NCBI RefSeq assembly: GCF_006345805.1
Contig: NW_021836618.1
Span: forward strand, 1-23,320
Direction of reading: 5' to 3'
Source of the DNA: Octopus sinensis
Taxonomy: Eukaryota
DNA: 23,320 nucleotides
The notes under the pieces were generated by a model. That model had not been told where the DNA came from, ran no database searches, and saw nothing but the letters and a program-made list of their open reading frames with translations. Below are positions 20,965 through 23,320 of the stretch, in pieces (position 1 is the first letter of the stretch; each line of letters begins with the position of its first letter). A program made the position numbers and the translations under genes.

Positions 20965-20970
<6 letters not shown>
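20446..20970 (+). mobile_element. Copy C of the same element, 3'-truncated at (TA)n
   Basis: Reverse complement of 19446-19980 with few mismatches; shares the exact 5' boundary tgcgctcgcc. Confidence 0.9.
20693..20752 (+). ncRNA. Candidate hammerhead ribozyme with non-standard (pseudoknotted) connectivity
   Basis: Stem III CGUGU/ACACG, N17=U20698, stem I CUGUCC/GGACAG, CUGAUGA 20741-20747, GAAA 20712-20715, stem II GGGG/CUUC. Confidence 0.5.
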
Positions 20971-21011
<41 letters not shown>

Positions 21012-21061
21012 TATACATAATATGTATCACATACATATATATATGTATATATATGTATATG

Positions 21062-21094
<33 letters not shown>

Positions 21095-21123
21095 GTATAT
21101 TATATATGTATGGTATATTATAT

Positions 21124-21186
<63 letters not shown>

Positions 21187-21285
21187 CATATGTATGTATG
21201 TATAGCTGGATCTCCTTTGTTCAGCCATGAGGACTCATTTGATTAGTTAACTGAATTACCTCTCTCTTGAATTAATGTAAAACTG

Positions 21286-21388
21286 GCCGAGTATTCCACA
21301 GACACCCATGTACCCTTAATGTAATTCTCAAGAAGGACCAGTATTACACAGTGTGTGACAAGGTTGCACCTTTTGAACTACAGGTATT
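21286..21388. repeat. Degenerate dispersed repeat (probable SINE body); related fragment at ~22593-22660
   Basis: Shared gagtattccacagaca and tgacaaggttg segments. Confidence 0.55.
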
Positions 21389-21402
21389 TCTAATTGAGGG
21401 GC

Positions 21403-21543
21403 TTCCTTATAGTTTCCATCAATCCAATTTTACTCATAGTGGATGGGTTGACCTGGGGTTATAGATAATGACACATTATCGATCACCGTGAAGTGGGACA
21501 GAAACCAAGATCTCGTGGTTACGAAGCAAATTTCTTATCCACT
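21403..21543 (-). mobile_element. Old degenerate SINE head A
   Basis: ggcttccttatagtttccatc...gtgggacagaaacc...ggttacgaagcaaatttctta aligns to 12521-12665. Confidence 0.65.
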
Positions 21544-21680
21544 TGGGTCTCCTTTATGATTGACACATAGAGGAAAGTGAAGTTAGGCCCTTAGACATTG
21601 CAGTCTCCAGTTTCAGGACGCGTAGGAGCGGATATCCGGTTCCCATGGCGTAAGAGTGATAGAGGTCAGAACAGTGTCTC

Positions 21681-21840
21681 GTGAACGGGACGCCAATCAG
21701 TCAAAGGGTCGTTATTCTTTTGCCACTGAGTGGACTGAGCCAACGGGAAATGAAGTGTTTTGCGCAAGAACACAACGCACCACCCGGTCTAAGATTCGAA
21801 ACTACAATCTGGCGCTCTTCAGCGCAACACTCTAATTTTA
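21681..21840 (-). mobile_element. tRNA-type SINE (further family), degenerate
   Basis: Minus strand reads tRNA-like head ..ttagagtgttgcgc..gtttcgaatc.. followed by gcgttgtgttcttgcgcaaaacacttcatttc, a typical SINE central-domain pattern. Confidence 0.6.
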
Positions 21841-22110
21841 TGTGGTGTCCCTCCTCCCAGTCAGTTGGAGGCCCTGGCTGTTAATTGGAAGCCCTGGAAG
21901 TCCATGTGTTATGAAACTGAACGCAGGAGACTGCATGAAGGAAGGAGGAGATCTCGTCACCCTGTGGCTGTTGTTCAGGGTCACTTTCAGGTTCCTCAGT
22001 GCCACAGGATCTGCCTATCTCGTATCAGTCTTGTCAGCCATGCCTGCTCCCTTGAGAGACATGCTGGAAGTCCTGGATCATTGCAGTCATCATTTTTGTG
22101 GGGCCATCGT
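21841..22110 (+). mobile_element. RTE-clade LINE 3' end
   Basis: LEALAVNWKPWKSMC...F(Q)VPQCHRICLSRISLVSH resembles the RTE C-terminal WE.LA.DR..W / C..C.R.C.SRIGL.SH motif. Confidence 0.7.
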
Positions 22111-22885
22111 AAGCAAATAATGTTTAAAGCAATCTAACAGTCCATTACAAACCATTGCAAAAGTACCTTAGCCAATGTTGATGGAGATTTTATTACTATG
22201 GTGTCAAGTTAAGCAGAAGAGAATGCCTGGATTACAATTAGCTTAGAGTAGAGTGTCTAGCACAGAATTAGCCCAACTTTGCATATAGGACCCAGGGTAA
22301 TTTTCTGAGACATTTTGGGGGTAAAAAAAGGGCGTCTTATATGTCATAAAATACGATTATGTCCCTTGTTTAGTTATGGAAGCATAGTGTGGCATAGCAC
22401 TGTTAGGACACTCTTGTATTACATGAAGAACTTTCAAAGCAAAAGAAGATGAAAATAAAAAAGGAAAAAGCACAGCACATGGTCGAGGCACGAAAGAACA
22501 GAAAACATGTGGCATAATTGAAAATACTGACTCACACACACACACGCACACACACACAAAACTACTCGGTCATTGGTTTAATGTCCAACTGACTGAGTAT
22601 TCCACAGACAAATTCAGCGTGACAGAGCTTGACAAGGTTGTATCTCTATTCAACTACGGGTACATCCACCCGACGGGTTTTCACACACGTTCCTTCTACT
22701 CCATTTCTGGTTCTGCTGAAGAAGATCGTTTGTAAAGCCAGGCAATGAGATTGAACCCAGAACTTTATGGTTGTCACGTTTGGCCTCCATCGGTTTAGCG
22801 TTCATTTTGAGTCATACAGAAAGCAGAGAATAATTAAAACAAACTACTATTTAGAACCATAAAACGCAAACTGGTTGCCCCAACC

Positions 22886-23067
22886 CACAAGCGTAGCTAA
22901 GGGTGGGGGCAATAGGGGCGGTCAGCCCTGGGTGACACTTTTAATGGGGCGGCACTTTTCATCCTGCTGTAGGCTTTTGCTGTAGGCTTTTGCTGTAGGC
23001 TTTTGCTGTAGGCAATATGTGTTTCTTGTTGAATCCGGGGGCGGCACACACTCTAGCTACGCTACTG
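22886..23067. mobile_element. Small MITE-like element with an internal 13-bp tandem repeat
   Basis: Ends cacaagcgtagcta / tagctacgctactg (12/14 complementary); (gctgtaggctttt)x3.7 at 22966-23013. Confidence 0.55.
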
Positions 23068-23320
23068 CTTCAGCCATATAAATGGTAGGAAGCTATCGGG
23101 ATCCAGGGCAGCTCAGGATATTGGCCACTCCTCGTGGTTTCTGGGAGCACCTCCAATGAGCAACAGGACAAGGGGTTACCAGGTCCTCGAGAAAGCTACT
23201 CATTAGCTGATGCCGCATCGGAAAAGGTGGTCTTCATCGGAGACGGCCCTAGTGCTTGCCCCTACCTATACATGTTTATGGAGTAGACCCATAAGTGTCG
23301 CCTTCTTAAAACGTCGCCGA

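Noticed and set aside
96-21205. Dozens of ORFs made of YI, CV, HT, SL or LSIY runs
   Set aside because: They are translations of stop-free microsatellites.
23068-23320. GC-richer stretch at the window end, possibly LINE-derived
   Set aside because: No recognisable motif in the frames I translated; truncated by the window edge.

Overview
Eukaryotic, repeat-dense, AT-rich DNA. The SINE families and microsatellite load look like an octopus/coleoid cephalopod; this is inferred from recognising the repeats and is not proven. There is one convincing gene: a TAL1/SCL/LYL1-family bHLH factor whose whole CDS lies in one exon (15735-17624, +), with a splice acceptor at 15637-15638. The rest is microsatellites and mobile-element debris: three tandem R4/Dong-clade LINE 3' ends, a Penelope-like GIY-YIG remnant, a hAT-type transposase fossil, an RTE 3' end, several tRNA-type SINE families and two MITE-like elements. 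The most unusual signal is a non-coding element of about 620 bp, present as inverted copies at 19.4-21.0 kb. It carries every hammerhead ribozyme core element with matching stems, but in a strand order that fits none of hammerhead types I-III. Other points of interest: a 121-bp near-perfect palindrome, tandem CTCF-like sites, and regulatory motifs conserved next to the bHLH. All other ORFs in the supplied track are microsatellite or antisense artefacts, or TE fragments.
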